64,000 nt of DNA from Geosiphon pyriformis uo1. Taxonomy: Eukaryota; Fungi; Glomeromycota. Location of the stretch: NCBI GenBank assembly GCA_016748015.1, contig JAAOMT010000684.1, forward strand, positions 248,001 through 312,000, read 5' to 3'. Below the pieces are notes generated by a model that saw only the letters and a program-made list of their open reading frames with translations, made no database searches and was not told where the DNA came from. Every line of letters begins with the position of its first letter. Within the stretch, counting starts at the first letter, position 1. Made by a program: the position numbers and the translations under genes. Shown here one piece after another: positions 27,888 through 39,441 of this stretch.

Positions 27888-29208
27888 ATGATGAACTTAA
27901 TTTTGACCAATTTTTATTTTATCCTTTCAACATTACTTATCATTCAATCTATGGCTCAGATACCAAATTTTCCTAGTTTTGGGGGGCAAGGGGATAACAG
28001 CCCATTTGGAAATATTGATCCAAGCAAAGGTAGAATATGATGATCGGAATAGCAAATTTTTTGAACTTTGCTCGGTAACAAACCTTTTTAAATTTTCATT
28101 GTAAAGGAAATCCGATTCAACCCGGAGGTCAGGTAAGAAAAATTGACTTCTTTAAATTTGATTTCTTGTTAATTATCAAGGAATAATTCTAGAAATATTC
28201 GGGGAAATCATTCTCCAAACAAGCTCGATCCAACATCAACAAACTCTCCGCTAAATCCAAATAATCCAAATAGCGTTTATAGCAATCCGGAAGGAAAAGG
28301 AAAGTCATCACAACCACAACAGAAACAATCACAACCAGAATCACCAATTTCCTCAGGTCCACAATCCGGAGGAAAATCACCTAGCTCTTCGGCCACACCG
28401 GCTAAAGCACCTACCTCACAATCATCAGGAGGGAACCCTCCATCTTCGGGTAAACCCACTAGTCAAAGTGGAGGTAAAGCACCACCTCCACCTCCAAACA
28501 TTCTAAAACAAGCATGGCAAGAAAAAGAGAAAGCTTGCGTACTTGTTAGTGGTCCACCAAATAATACGATTGTACAACCTATGAGTAAACACCGTATTTC
28601 TTGGAATCAATCTCCTTGTCAAATGTCAGCTCGTGTAGTCGGTCAATTCAACGTCTTCCTTTATAACAATCTAAAAATGGTGCCTGATGAGAAGAGCGCG
28701 AAGAAGAGAGATTACTGTGGGTCATTTTGTAAGAGAGATTATACACCAAACGGGAAGGTAATTTAATCAATTTCTGAGCTTTTTTAATTCAAATCATTAA
28801 CTTTAACATTCTTTTAAAATTTGAATTTAGCTAATTTACGATTGGGGTCCAAGAATTATTGCCACAAATTTAACCAACTCCACTAACAATTATGATTGGG
28901 AAGTACCTTACCTGAACGATCCACGTATAACAAATTCATCCGCCTTTTATATTAGAGTTGAAACTATTTCTTACTCCGGTATATTTGGAGCGACTCCACC
29001 ATTAGGTGGTACTTATGGCCCAGTTGCAATTGAACTTCGTGACCCACCACCAGGTTTCCAGGAGAAAAAAGAGACATCTTCTGCTCCACTGCTTAAACCT
29101 TCAACCTTACCTTCTGCAGCAATAAGCTTGTTAGGTCATGGTGGTGGTTTATTAATGTTGATTATGTTCATTTTTTCCGGTGTGGTGATTTTAGGTAGAA
29201 CTCGCTAA
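27888..29208 (+). CDS. Secreted, probably GPI-anchored Ser/Pro/Gly-rich cell-surface protein with Kre9/Knh1-like beta domain
   Basis: Signal peptide MMNLILTNFYFILSTLLIIQSMA, micro-exon ~28107-28132, low-complexity S/P/G/Q region, I.W...(x)...IATNL......YDWEVP...FYIRV, hydrophobic C-terminus ending TAA 29206-29208. Second acceptor site uncertain. Confidence 0.7.
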
Positions 29209-29888
29209 CAAGGCTGTAAGGCATATTCCCGAGAACATTTAAGTTTATTTGATCGAAATTTTGTGAACATTTAAAAAATGGCTAACTGAGCTAAACATTT
29301 TTGTCAAACCACATTATTCTAGAGGTATGCAAAATCAAAATTTTAAATTGTCCCGAATCTCGTGCTTTTACTTCCATTTAGGGTTCATTCTCACAGGATA
29401 AGGTACATTTAAAACGATGGGAATGTTCAAATCGATTATCGAGTAATTTGATAAAAGGTCTGAAGAGTTGTAGCAACAATATTCCTTATAGTCAAGGCTT
29501 GATTCTCTATGTATGGGCTTGACTTCTTTGTGAAACATATATGGTTTCAATTCATTACCAACAAAAGATCGAACTTTTCTATGATCATTCAGAATTAACA
29601 ATTTCGTTGTAAACTTTATTTTTAATTATGATCTATGGTCCCATGATTTCTTGTGAATATTCTTTTTCCTCTGGTGTCGCACAGAAAATGGGAAGCAACC
29701 CCCATTTTAATAAGATGGTGAATTTTTTCCTGAGTGAATTGCTAAAAACTATAATAAGATTTTTGGAGCTCCGTACAGTATGAAATAAACAATCAGGTAA
29801 TGCATGGATGGCAGCTGATCAATAGCAAACCATATATCTTGGCAGAGTTTCTCATAAATAAATTATCACCGTTTTTAAATTAATAGCA

Positions 29889-30635
29889 ATGAAAAACACG
29901 AAGCCAAAAATGTCTCAGCATCCATGGATTCTATTTTACATATTTTCTCTTTTGTATTTGAGATTCGACGAGAAGATATGGATAGCAGAAGCAGCTTTAT
30001 TCGCCCGAGATACGGAATGTTGTCTAACTGAACAAAACTTTGCATGTATAAAAGGATATTGTACTTTTCCTAACGCAAATTTCGCTTCATCTTGTCAATC
30101 ATGCGTTTCTTCAAATTTTTGTTCAATTTCTGGCTCTTGTATACCATTGGGACAATATGATGGAAGTTGTTGTAGAAACTCAGACGGTGATGTTTGTATG
30201 AAAGGAATCTGTACAAGCAGCACAAGCAATATCACATCAGTTAGAGACGATAAAGACTGTCGAGTTTGTTCAGATCAAGGAAACATTTGCCAATCTAATG
30301 GACATTGTCTTTCACCTAGAGGAACCTTGGAAGGCTCAGGATCACAGTCAAATTGGCTTATCATTATATTAGTGCCAATTTTAATTACCGTTGCTTTATT
30401 TACTCTATATAAAATTTGGCGAAAAAAAGGTCTTCCAATGTGGGAGAATCAACAGTTGGAGGAAAAAGAAATTAATGAATTTCCGCCACCATATTCCACA
30501 GTTTCACCTCCTTCTTACACAAGTGCAATATCAAACGAACCATTTAACTCTAGGATAATTTCTGGTGGTACAAACGAACAAACGATAATTGAGTCTGACC
30601 AAATTCAACGTCCTGAACAGGTTTTAACGACCTGA
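29889..30635 (+). CDS. Single-pass membrane protein with two 8-Cys extracellular modules and cytosolic PY motifs
   Basis: Intronless 248-aa ORF. N-terminal hydrophobic stretch, 16 Cys in two similar blocks, TM WLIIILVPILITVALFTLY followed by KIWRKK, then PPPY and PPSY. Confidence 0.8.
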   Translation: MKNTKPKMSQHPWILFYIFSLLYLRFDEKIWIAEAALFARDTECCLTEQNFACIKGYCTFPNANFASSCQSCVSSNFCSISGSCIPLGQYDGSCCRNSDGDVCMKGICTSSTSNITSVRDDKDCRVCSDQGNICQSNGHCLSPRGTLEGSGSQSNWLIIILVPILITVALFTLYKIWRKKGLPMWENQQLEEKEINEFPPPYSTVSPPSYTSAISNEPFNSRIISGGTNEQTIIESDQIQRPEQVLTT

Positions 30636-30927
30636 ATATATTTTTTAACCAAACTAACAAAATAAAACTCTAAATATTTCTTATTTTTCAACATAATTGT
30701 GTAATAATTATCAAAAATAGAATATATAGGAACTTCTCTATAATTAACTTTACGAAAACTATACTATCATAGTTATAATAATAATGGTAATATATACGCT
30801 GAAACTTTTTTAGTATACCCTGGTAGATCACAGATAATTTACGTCCAATTAAAATCAATCGCTGGAACGTTTTATTAGTGCCCAATGCTTGACAACTAAA
30901 ATAGCTTAATTAATCTCTTTCTTCATA

Positions 30928-32545
30928 ATGAAGCGAATTTTCAATCAACCTTTATCAAAAAGGTTCCAAAAACGAAAACCTACATTTCTATTGAAGATCA
31001 TATGGGTTTTGGCACTTTTATATGGCGAAGTCTTAATATTCTATTTGGCAATGCTGAAATGTCGCTGGCCGCTTGATAAAAAATGGGTAAATTTACGAAC
31101 ATTCAAGGATTATATGTTAAATTTTATCATACCGTTTATTTATTTTTTAAAAGAGATTTTTTCTCAGAACACAACAAATTACCAGCCGTATCATATAGCC
31201 CTTATTGCTGACCCACAAATCATTGATCAATTCTCATATGGACGAACAGGAATCCTTCAATGGTTTTCAGAGATTTTTCCCGATATGTATATGAGAAAGA
31301 ATTGGAAAACTTTGCAGAGACAGTTACAACCCGATGCCTTTTTTGTTTTAGGAGATTTGATGGATGGGGGAAGAGAACTTAAGGATGATGAGTAAGCTAT
31401 ACTTCTAATTTAGTAAACGGATGATGGCTCATATTGGCATTAAAAATCCGACACAATATAGATGGGAAGCAGAATCAGATCGGTACAGAAAACTATTGAG
31501 ACCAAAAGACGAGACCAAAACTCCGATACACTATTTGGCTGGTAATCATGATTTCGGTTTCGGTAGCCGAATAATTCCTACAGCTTATGCAAGATTTCGT
31601 CGATTCTATGGTAAAACGAATTATATAGTGACTTTGGGAAATCACAGTATAGTGGTCATCGATACAGTGTCTTTGAGTAGTGACAATGATGGTTTACAAG
31701 CTGAAGCTTTAGAATTAATTGAACGCATGAGAAAAGGTAAGTATTGAAAAATATATATTTTTGGGATTTTCTGATGCAAAATCTGAAAATATTTTTCCGG
31801 GTTTGAACAGAGGAACGTAAAATACCTCGAATTCTCATGACACATATACCCCTTTACCGTCCACCCAACACTGATTGTGGCCCTCTTCGTCAGAATAACC
31901 GATTCATCAACCAAGGGTCTGGTTATCAATACCAAAACTTGGTCACAGAGTCACTTTCGAATTTGATTTTAGATAATGTTAAACCAAAGCTCATTTTTAG
32001 TGGAGATGATCATGATTATTGTGAAGTGCATCATTCACGAGGGGAAGGATCGATAGAAGTTACTTTGAATAGTTTTAGCTTTGCCATGGTAGGTTAGTTT
32101 TGTTCAAAATATTTTATTTCCATCTTCCATAAACATTTTTTTTGATTTATAGGGAGTCCCAAAACCAGGATTTTTGTTACTCAGTCTTCACAATCCACTT
32201 GATGCTGAATCAAATTCTACAACTATAGGCGAAAATAAAACTTCTGAAAAATCGAATTTAGCTTCCTATACCTATTCACAATGTTTATTACCCAACCAGC
32301 TTGCAATTTACTTTGCTTATATATATATTTTCTTCGCTACTCTTTTTTGCATTATTTTGAACACCTGGTACCTTTCATGGAAAACTGAAGATAATCGTTT
32401 ACCTATAACACACAAATTTCGAAAGAGGAGTCGATGGCACCCACTCAACCAGTTATTTTGGAAAGTAGTATTAATACAACTCATGACGATTGGATTTTGG
32501 GGCTTAGTGACATTCTTATTTTCTTGGGTTTGGTGGGTCGTTTAG
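30928..32545 (+). CDS. CDC1: Cdc1/MPPE1-like metallophosphoesterase (GPI ethanolamine-phosphate remodelling family), 5 exons
   Basis: Motifs IADPQ, LGDL.DGGR, GNHD, THIPLYR, GYQYQN, FSGDDHDYC; N- and C-terminal TM segments. Introns at about 31087-31167, 31392-31461, 31738-31810, 32089-32151. Confidence 0.88.
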
Positions 32546-33398
32546 CCATAGTTTATTCGATTTTAATTCATAGTTCCAAGGCCGTAAGAAAATTTTTATC
32601 AGCAATCACCTCATAGGGTTAAAAAATTGAAATCTTAACTGGAAAAATTACTCGGGTTTTTAATTACAAATCTTTCATGTACATAATTTTCAAAGTATTG
32701 AAAATAGTGAAAGCACAAAGAAAGTTTAACTCAAAAAACCATGCACATTTTTGAATTTAAAAATCCTGTTAGGAAAAAGATATTATTGTCTAACACCACA
32801 TGTTGTATTTATATTTAAGACCATAAAACTTAAAGGTCATTAAAAATTAACAAAAGTATAGCATGCTTAGAAAATTACTTCATAATTGGTTACCCAATTT
32901 CAATACGATTTCCAGAGTTTTGCGCCCAATAAGTAATACACTTTTAAATATTGATGCAAACCTTTTGACCCTCAACCTGAATATTTTCAAGACTAATCAT
33001 TGGTACTTTTCTCAAAGATTATCATAAAGGATCTTGATTTAATCCATTTCCGATGATTATTGACATGCAAGGTAACTTTTAAACTCGTTCATTTTTAACT
33101 TTGAAATCAAAAGTTAAATGAATATAGCTATGTTCTACAACAGCAAAGCTTCATTATCTCAATAAACCTTCGCAAAAATGATCCTTAATTAAAACATACA
33201 TGGTCATTCGGACCACATAAGGTATTGAAAGTTAGGATTGTCAAAAAAGTATTTTATGCTAAATATTAATCAGATTAATGTTGGTTCATACTGAATTGAA
33301 TGAACTCTTTTCTTTTAGAAAAAAAATCAGGATTGCCCTTTTGAAATATTCTCGTAAAAAGAATTTCATCATAAAGTGTCAGGGCTCAAAATCAAGAA

Positions 33399-34709
33399 AT
33401 GGAAATAATTGATGAAAAGAAAGAGCAAGTCTCGGTTACAAATACTAATTTAACGATTGATGATTTACCAGCTTCTGGAAATTTTACGCCAGCAACCAAA
33501 GAAGCTTCAGCGATAGTTGACGTAAAGACGACTAAACCGTTGACATTGATGAAAGGTTTCCGTAATAGTGTCAAATCACCTGGAGTAACAAGAAAAATTA
33601 TCTTGATCCTCTCTGCACTAGTGCTCATCAATGTCGCGGTATGGATAGCCTCAGCCTTTGCCTTCCGAGAATATCCAACTTTGATGGGTACCGCAGCTTT
33701 GGCATATACTCTTGGATTACGTCACGCGGTTGATGCTGATCATTTGGCTGCTATAGATAATGTCACTCGGAAACTTCTTCAGTCAGGAGAACAGTCAGTA
33801 TCTGTTGGATTTTTCTTTTCACTTGGACATTCTACGATCGTAGTCATCGCTTCAATAGCAATCGCTGCTACTGCCGCAGCAATCCAAGATAAACTTGAGA
33901 GTTTCAAAGTAATTGGTGGCATAATTGGTGTTTCAGTCTCAACCCTATTTCTCTTTTTGATTGGGATTTTGAACACTTTTGTTTTCATCTCGATCTATCG
34001 TTCCTTCCGACGGTTACAACGTACTGGCAATTACGAAGAAGAAGACATTAATGAAATCCTGAATAAAAGTGGACTTTTGGGAAGATTTTTTGCGCCAATG
34101 TATCGTTTTGTTGATGCAAGTTGGAAAATGTACCCTCTTGGTTTCCTATTCGGTCTTGGATTTGATACCAGTAGTGAAGTTGGATTATTAGGTATTTCGG
34201 CATTTCAAGCCAACCAGGGACTCTCAGTTTGGCTAATATTATTTTTTCCCCTATTATTCACATCTGGAATGGCATTAATTGATACGGCGGATGGAATTTT
34301 GATGTTGGGTACTTATACATGGGCATACATTAACCCCTTCCGCAAGCTATACTATAATCTCGTAATTACACTACTCTCAATTCTTGTTGCATTTGTAATT
34401 GGTACCATTGAATTACTTAGTATTCTTGGGGACAAATTGAACCTTGAAGGAGGCTTTTGGGATTTCTTTGGTAAATTGGGTGAGGGATTTGGTACAATCG
34501 GGTATATTATTATTGGATTATTTGTCTTTGTACTTGTTTTTTCCATGATTTATTATAGGTGGGCAGGATATGCAGATTTGGAAAAGACTCTTGCTAATCG
34601 AAATCAAGACAATAGTGATATGACAATGGAGGATGTTTATAGTGTGGAACAGTCACAATCAATTGATCATTGTGATGAAGCGATAAATGAGAAGAAAGAT
34701 GTACCATAG
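33399..34709 (+). CDS. nic1: High-affinity nickel/cobalt transporter (NiCoT family), intronless
   Basis: Signature GLRHAVDADHLAAID, FSLGHSTIV, YPLGFLFGLGFDT.SE, GM.L.DT.D; about 8 TM segments. Confidence 0.95.
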   Translation: MEIIDEKKEQVSVTNTNLTIDDLPASGNFTPATKEASAIVDVKTTKPLTLMKGFRNSVKSPGVTRKIILILSALVLINVAVWIASAFAFREYPTLMGTAALAYTLGLRHAVDADHLAAIDNVTRKLLQSGEQSVSVGFFFSLGHSTIVVIASIAIAATAAAIQDKLESFKVIGGIIGVSVSTLFLFLIGILNTFVFISIYRSFRRLQRTGNYEEEDINEILNKSGLLGRFFAPMYRFVDASWKMYPLGFLFGLGFDTSSEVGLLGISAFQANQGLSVWLILFFPLLFTSGMALIDTADGILMLGTYTWAYINPFRKLYYNLVITLLSILVAFVIGTIELLSILGDKLNLEGGFWDFFGKLGEGFGTIGYIIIGLFVFVLVFSMIYYRWAGYADLEKTLANRNQDNSDMTMEDVYSVEQSQSIDHCDEAINEKKDVP

Positions 34710-35211
34710 TTTATAAGGTTATTCTTTTTTGAGATAACCAATTTTATTTTCGTTTGAAGATCTGATTAAAGAAAAATAAAGCTCATTCATCCTGAGAATG
34801 GTAATGAGATTTTTTTATTTCATGGTAAAATATCATTTTGAACGAAATACAATTTAGTTTCGGATACCCAAGGGCTGTGATTAAGAGGTCTGCTAATTTA
34901 AATTGCTCTAGCTGGTTAGTTTAATGAATCCTATTGGGTCAATTAAAATATGAAAATGGGTATCACCTATCCAGTGCTAAACTCGAACACAAGATTGTTT
35001 TTAGGACTATGAGGGCGAGCCCCTTTTTCGAGGGTGCCTTACATCATTTGTGAGACTTTTATAATTTATTGGTTTCAGGTTTTTAACATTAAAATATTAG
35101 AGATTAAATTACAAAATTTTGGGGGAAACTCATTTATAGTACATGATGAGAAAATGTATATCTTACAAATGCCTTTATAAATTCTATGTATAATATGCCA
35201 AGTAATTCTAT

Positions 35212-36668
35212 CTATGACCCATTTTTGATTCTTTTTACATTCATCTGATTTAACATGTCTACTACTTTGAACAAATCACTTTGCCAATAATAATCGACTC
35301 GTACACGATAGATATAGGGAAAAACGGGATAACAAAGATTTGAAGTGATGCTCAAAAGTTCATAATTCACATCAATTGCAAGGTTTCTCAAACAGACCGA
35401 TCCAATTTTTTCTTTTTTTTCGATAGACCTTAATATATATTCAGGACTTGCTCCAACTCTATAGAATTAACAAGGTTTTTAAAAATTGATCAGAAAAATA
35501 AAAGTTGACGAAGTTTTAAGTCTTACGTTTGATCAATTGTTTGCCATCGGGCGAAATCAAGGTTCTTCATGTCCTCTTCAATAAATTTTTTAGCTTTATC
35601 AGGCGCACACCATTCTGCAAAACTGGAATTCAATTGAGCAGCGGTTTCAACCTTTTCCGTATATGTATAAGAATTAACAAACCAATCTGCTGTGTTCTGT
35701 ATCCAAGGTTTTCGATCAGGTGTTGAATTGTATAATCCTGATCCAAACCAAACTACGATTCTTTGACCACTCTTAATCATTTTTCCCAAAGTAGGCCAAG
35801 CTTCTTTCTTTGTATTTCTTATGTAAATCATTGATTCGCCGCCACTTGCAAAGTATTCTTCTAACTTTGACTGAAGATGAGAGGAAATTATTTTTTTATC
35901 TCCATCAGTGTCACCAAATTCAATTGATATAACTTCATTGGGATTCGATTTGAGGAAATCCCGCATTTGGGTAAAAGTTGGGTCGAGGCCTTCACCTATG
36001 GCACGAATATTACCCATTCCATGACAATTCACAACCTCGTTGTTGTCAAGTAAGCATGTATCGAAATCGAATAGTCTTATTCCTATTTTCAAAAAAATTA
36101 GCAAAGCTCTGATTTATCTATCTAAAAGGGAAGCTTTATAAAAAGGATCTAGATTGTAAATTTGCCTGACTTACCATCTTTTAGTTGAGTAGCAATATTA
36201 TGTTGGGGATTATTTTCCCAAAAGCATTCTACCGCAAGAGGCGGAAATGATTTCTCACATACTTTTTCCAAAGGTTGGCATATTCCGGGGACTTGAAATT
36301 TACTTTTACATAGTTTTATAGTTGAATTGCAATCATATTTCAAGTTATATGTCCCGCTATTATGCGTCCCAGCGTGTGTCTTTATTTTAAAAAAAATGTT
36401 AAATAGTGGTCTTAGTTTTTAATATCTTTGATTCCGCGAAAAGGGAAAACCCAAATTCTTATAATATATTACTTACCACTTGATCATATCGCAGATCACA
36501 AATATCAGCGTTGCCATTGCAAAGTAGGAGTTCTTTCGAACTGGGAGATTTACTTGTAAAGGATAGATGATAGGCAAAGACAATTTGTTGGGTATGGAAA
36601 ATTTGCATCATTATGAAAGCACAAATGATCTGAACCAAAAGATAGTCTGATTTTAGCGAGAACCACAT
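35212..36668 (-). CDS. Secreted PLC-like phosphodiesterase (PI-PLC X-domain type), 4 exons
   Basis: Signal peptide, CNG...CD.RYDQV|THAGTHNS, Q...I..QL.DG|IR..D.D, CHG, FL..NPNEVI.I, LG.MI..G.R.VV, terminal RVDY. Stop at 35212-35214. Confidence 0.85.
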
Positions 36669-38003
36669 TTTTTTGGTTAAGAAATTGATGGATTTTTTTT
36701 ATTGCGTCGAGAATTTGGTGAACAAATTTTTTTGCAGAAAAAGTCAAAACTCAATAGACATTTAAATAGTTTTTGATTTCATGACCAAAAGAAACGGACA
36801 TTCAAAAGATTTACTTTACGCGGCCATTGTCTTCTCGAAAATTGAAACGTTTTGTTTTGATGGAATTTTTTCTTTAGCAGAACACAAAATACGTTTTAAA
36901 TTGACCATTTTTGGTAATTGTAATGCTTTGTTTGAAAATTTAGTTGATATAGATATGCACGGATTATCGGATATTAAAGACATTTCCCAATGGAAATTTT
37001 ATATTATATACCAAAAAAGGCTTCCAAGTAAATTCATATCGGACCATTTCAATGGAGTGGGAGAACAAGATGATATAATATTTGAATTGAAATGAAAATT
37101 CATTATGGAGACTTGAAGATTTTATTCCAAAAAGGTAAAGTTTTAAAATGTATAATAAGAAGTATGACAATGGTTTCAGACAAAATTAGAAAACCTAAGC
37201 ATTCGATAAAGTACTCGCTAACCCAGAATCTTATTTAATCAAAGAAATTATCGAATCTCAAAGTTGAAAAGTATGTCTTTAGTTTTCAACCTACTTGATT
37301 CAACCTTAGCTTGCTTACAAATCTTTGAAAAATCTGGTTTTAATTAATTTAAAATACATGACCTAACCTATTTTGAGGGAAAACTTTGAAGCCCTGTTTA
37401 ATATTTGGTCTTTGCATTTCAGAAAGGCTCAGAATTAATAGTGATCAAGTAGACAATAAAATTGGGGAAGTTTGTCAAACGTACCAGATTTAATGAAAAA
37501 ATATTTAGATCTGTTTAATCGCAATTATTTTTATGGATAGCAAATTTTTAGAGTCTTTTATTAATAGAATTTATAAAAGGTTTGTATTTCTAACAAAAGA
37601 ATTGCTTGATTTGCTGGTTTTATTTTTGGAATAAGTCTTGAAAAAAAATTTCAGACATTGGATTTCATTTCAATTAAAAAACACATGAATAGCAGCTCTT
37701 AAGGCAAAAAATTTATCTATCCTTATAACCAATTCAGTCTTTATTAATCCCGAACATTCTATCAGAGCTGAATTTTTTCATTTTAGTTCACATTTCTGTG
37801 AGAAATTATGAGATTCCCGATTTCATGAACGATTTTAATTGTTTCTTTCCAAAATGAGAGTATTACTAGTTTGACTATTTTGTTCCATGCAGGTTAGAAA
37901 CATACCTGATTTTCTCGCATAGAAGTGATACCCTCCAAATATCATGTGAATCGTACAATTCTTTGAGAACTTGTATGACCCGATTGTTCTAAGAGATTGT
38001 ACG

Positions 38004-38146
38004 GTCTTGACATTGAACAATCGTTTTCTCAAATTCCCACGTACAAAACCACAAATAAACCATTTTAAGCGATAGTCTTGACATTAAACAATCGTTTTCT
38101 CAAATTCCCACGTACAAACCATTTTATTTAACCATTTTAAGCGATA
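38004..38146. repeat. Tandem duplication, 2 x ~71 bp, upstream of the metallothionein
   Basis: GTCTTGACATT(G/A)AACAATCGTTTTCTCAAATTCCCACGTACAAA...AACCATTTTAAGCGATA starts at 38004 and again at 38075. Confidence 0.95.
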
Positions 38147-38334
38147 GGGATGCAAATTTAAGTTTCGATCTCGCTTTTTAATTATTAGCAAAAGCAAAAG
38201 TTGGGGGCTTTGAGCATGTGTGTTCTATATTACACGCAATTATAAATTGTCTTCCTCTGAACCAAATTCCCAATTATAATTTGTTTGATCAAAACGTCAA
38301 AAAACTTTTGAAACAAAATTTCAATCAGAATAAA

Positions 38335-38561
38335 ATGCATCTTGAAGAGATTCAAAAAGACATAACCCTCACAAACGATGAGGATGGGCCACCTTGTGGA
38401 AATAGGTATGTGTTTTATTGTAGATAATAAATATTTGTTTGATAAAATTTCAAAAATTGAAATCACTTCCAGCGGTATATTTATTTTCATAATTTATTTG
38501 ATATAGTGCTTGCAATTGTGGCTCATATTGTGGTTGTCGTCCGGGTGAATGCAAATGTTGA
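38335..38561 (+). CDS. Metallothionein (single C-terminal Cys domain), 2 exons
   Basis: Intron 38406-38506 (GTATGT...ATAG) gives MHLEEIQKDITLTNDEDGPPCGNSACNCGSYCGCRPGECKC*, with C-x4-CxC-x3-CxC-x4-CxC typical of fungal/AM-fungal metallothioneins. Confidence 0.88.
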
Positions 38562-39400
38562 GCGACATAATTCTACACGGAACAAAATATTGATATTACT
38601 TAAATATACTTTTTTGATCATTGACAAAATTCCTTCTTTATTTCTCTGAACTTCATTTATGGCAATAGATGTCGAGGGGATTTAAGGTCCTTTTATGTTA
38701 AATTAAAAAACTAGGATTTATAACAATCTTAAATTTGTATGAAGTATTGATTTGTCACCTTACAGATATTTTGAAAAGATATTAAAATTTTATTTTAATG
38801 TTTGAAATTCTAAAGTTGGGAGAATGGATAGGGTAATATTTAAATAAACCCGTGGTATGGGGTGAACTAAATTTTGATATTAAATTCCCTGAGCCACAAC
38901 TGATTCTACTTTGAAAAGGAGCTAAAATTTTTTCGAAAAAGTTTTAAGGAAAACAAATATAATCAAAAATATTACTTTGCACAAAATGGCAAAAACAAAA
39001 TTTACCTCCGCATTTAATATATTTGAGCTTAAGATTATTAACTAACAAATTTATTTGTGATGAAAAACAAATATCCAATAATTCTTCATGGTTCATGGTA
39101 ATGCCTTGATGTTTTTTAACATTTAAACATATATTATTATTATTTTATTATTATTAAAAAATATTAATATTCCAAAATACAAATTAATCAGCAAAGCTTT
39201 TTCATACTTTTTTTTTATTAAAAGACTTTATTTATTCAAATAAAACTAATAAAACATAATTGATTTTTAATTAAATTTTGTTAGTGTTAATTTAATAATA
39301 AATATTACGTTTTGAACAAAAAATTTTTATTAAGCGTAATTTGTATTTAAAATTAATTTAACAAAAATTTTTTTAAATATAGTTTTGCAACACTTGAAAA

Positions 39401-39439
<39 letters not shown>
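39401..39439. repeat. (ATT)13 microsatellite
   Basis: Perfect trinucleotide run. Confidence 0.95.

Positions 39440-39441
<2 letters not shown>

Noticed and set aside
29368-29601. Minus-strand 77-aa ORF
   Set aside because: Non-ATG start, no motif, no splice model.
33399-34709. Intronless NiCoT as a recent bacterial horizontal transfer
   Set aside because: NiCoT (Nic1) is widespread in fungi, composition matches neighbours, and other host genes here are also intronless; needs phylogeny.
35008-35042. GC-rich hairpin between convergent NiCoT and PLC genes as SECIS or Helitron end
   Set aside because: Lacks the SECIS core geometry and the terminal CTRR; no in-frame TGA in the adjacent genes.
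1122-35726. Numerous short antisense or alternate-frame ORFs overlapping called genes (e.g. 1122-1304, 5480-5809, 28277-28459, 33392-33631, 35529-35726)
   Set aside because: Shadow ORFs of genuine coding exons with no independent evidence.
36781-37170. Overlapping ORFs divergent from the PLC gene
   Set aside because: No recognisable domain or consistent exon structure.
38004-38146. Tandem repeat as a CRISPR-like array
   Set aside because: Only two adjacent copies, no spacers, no cas genes, eukaryotic context.
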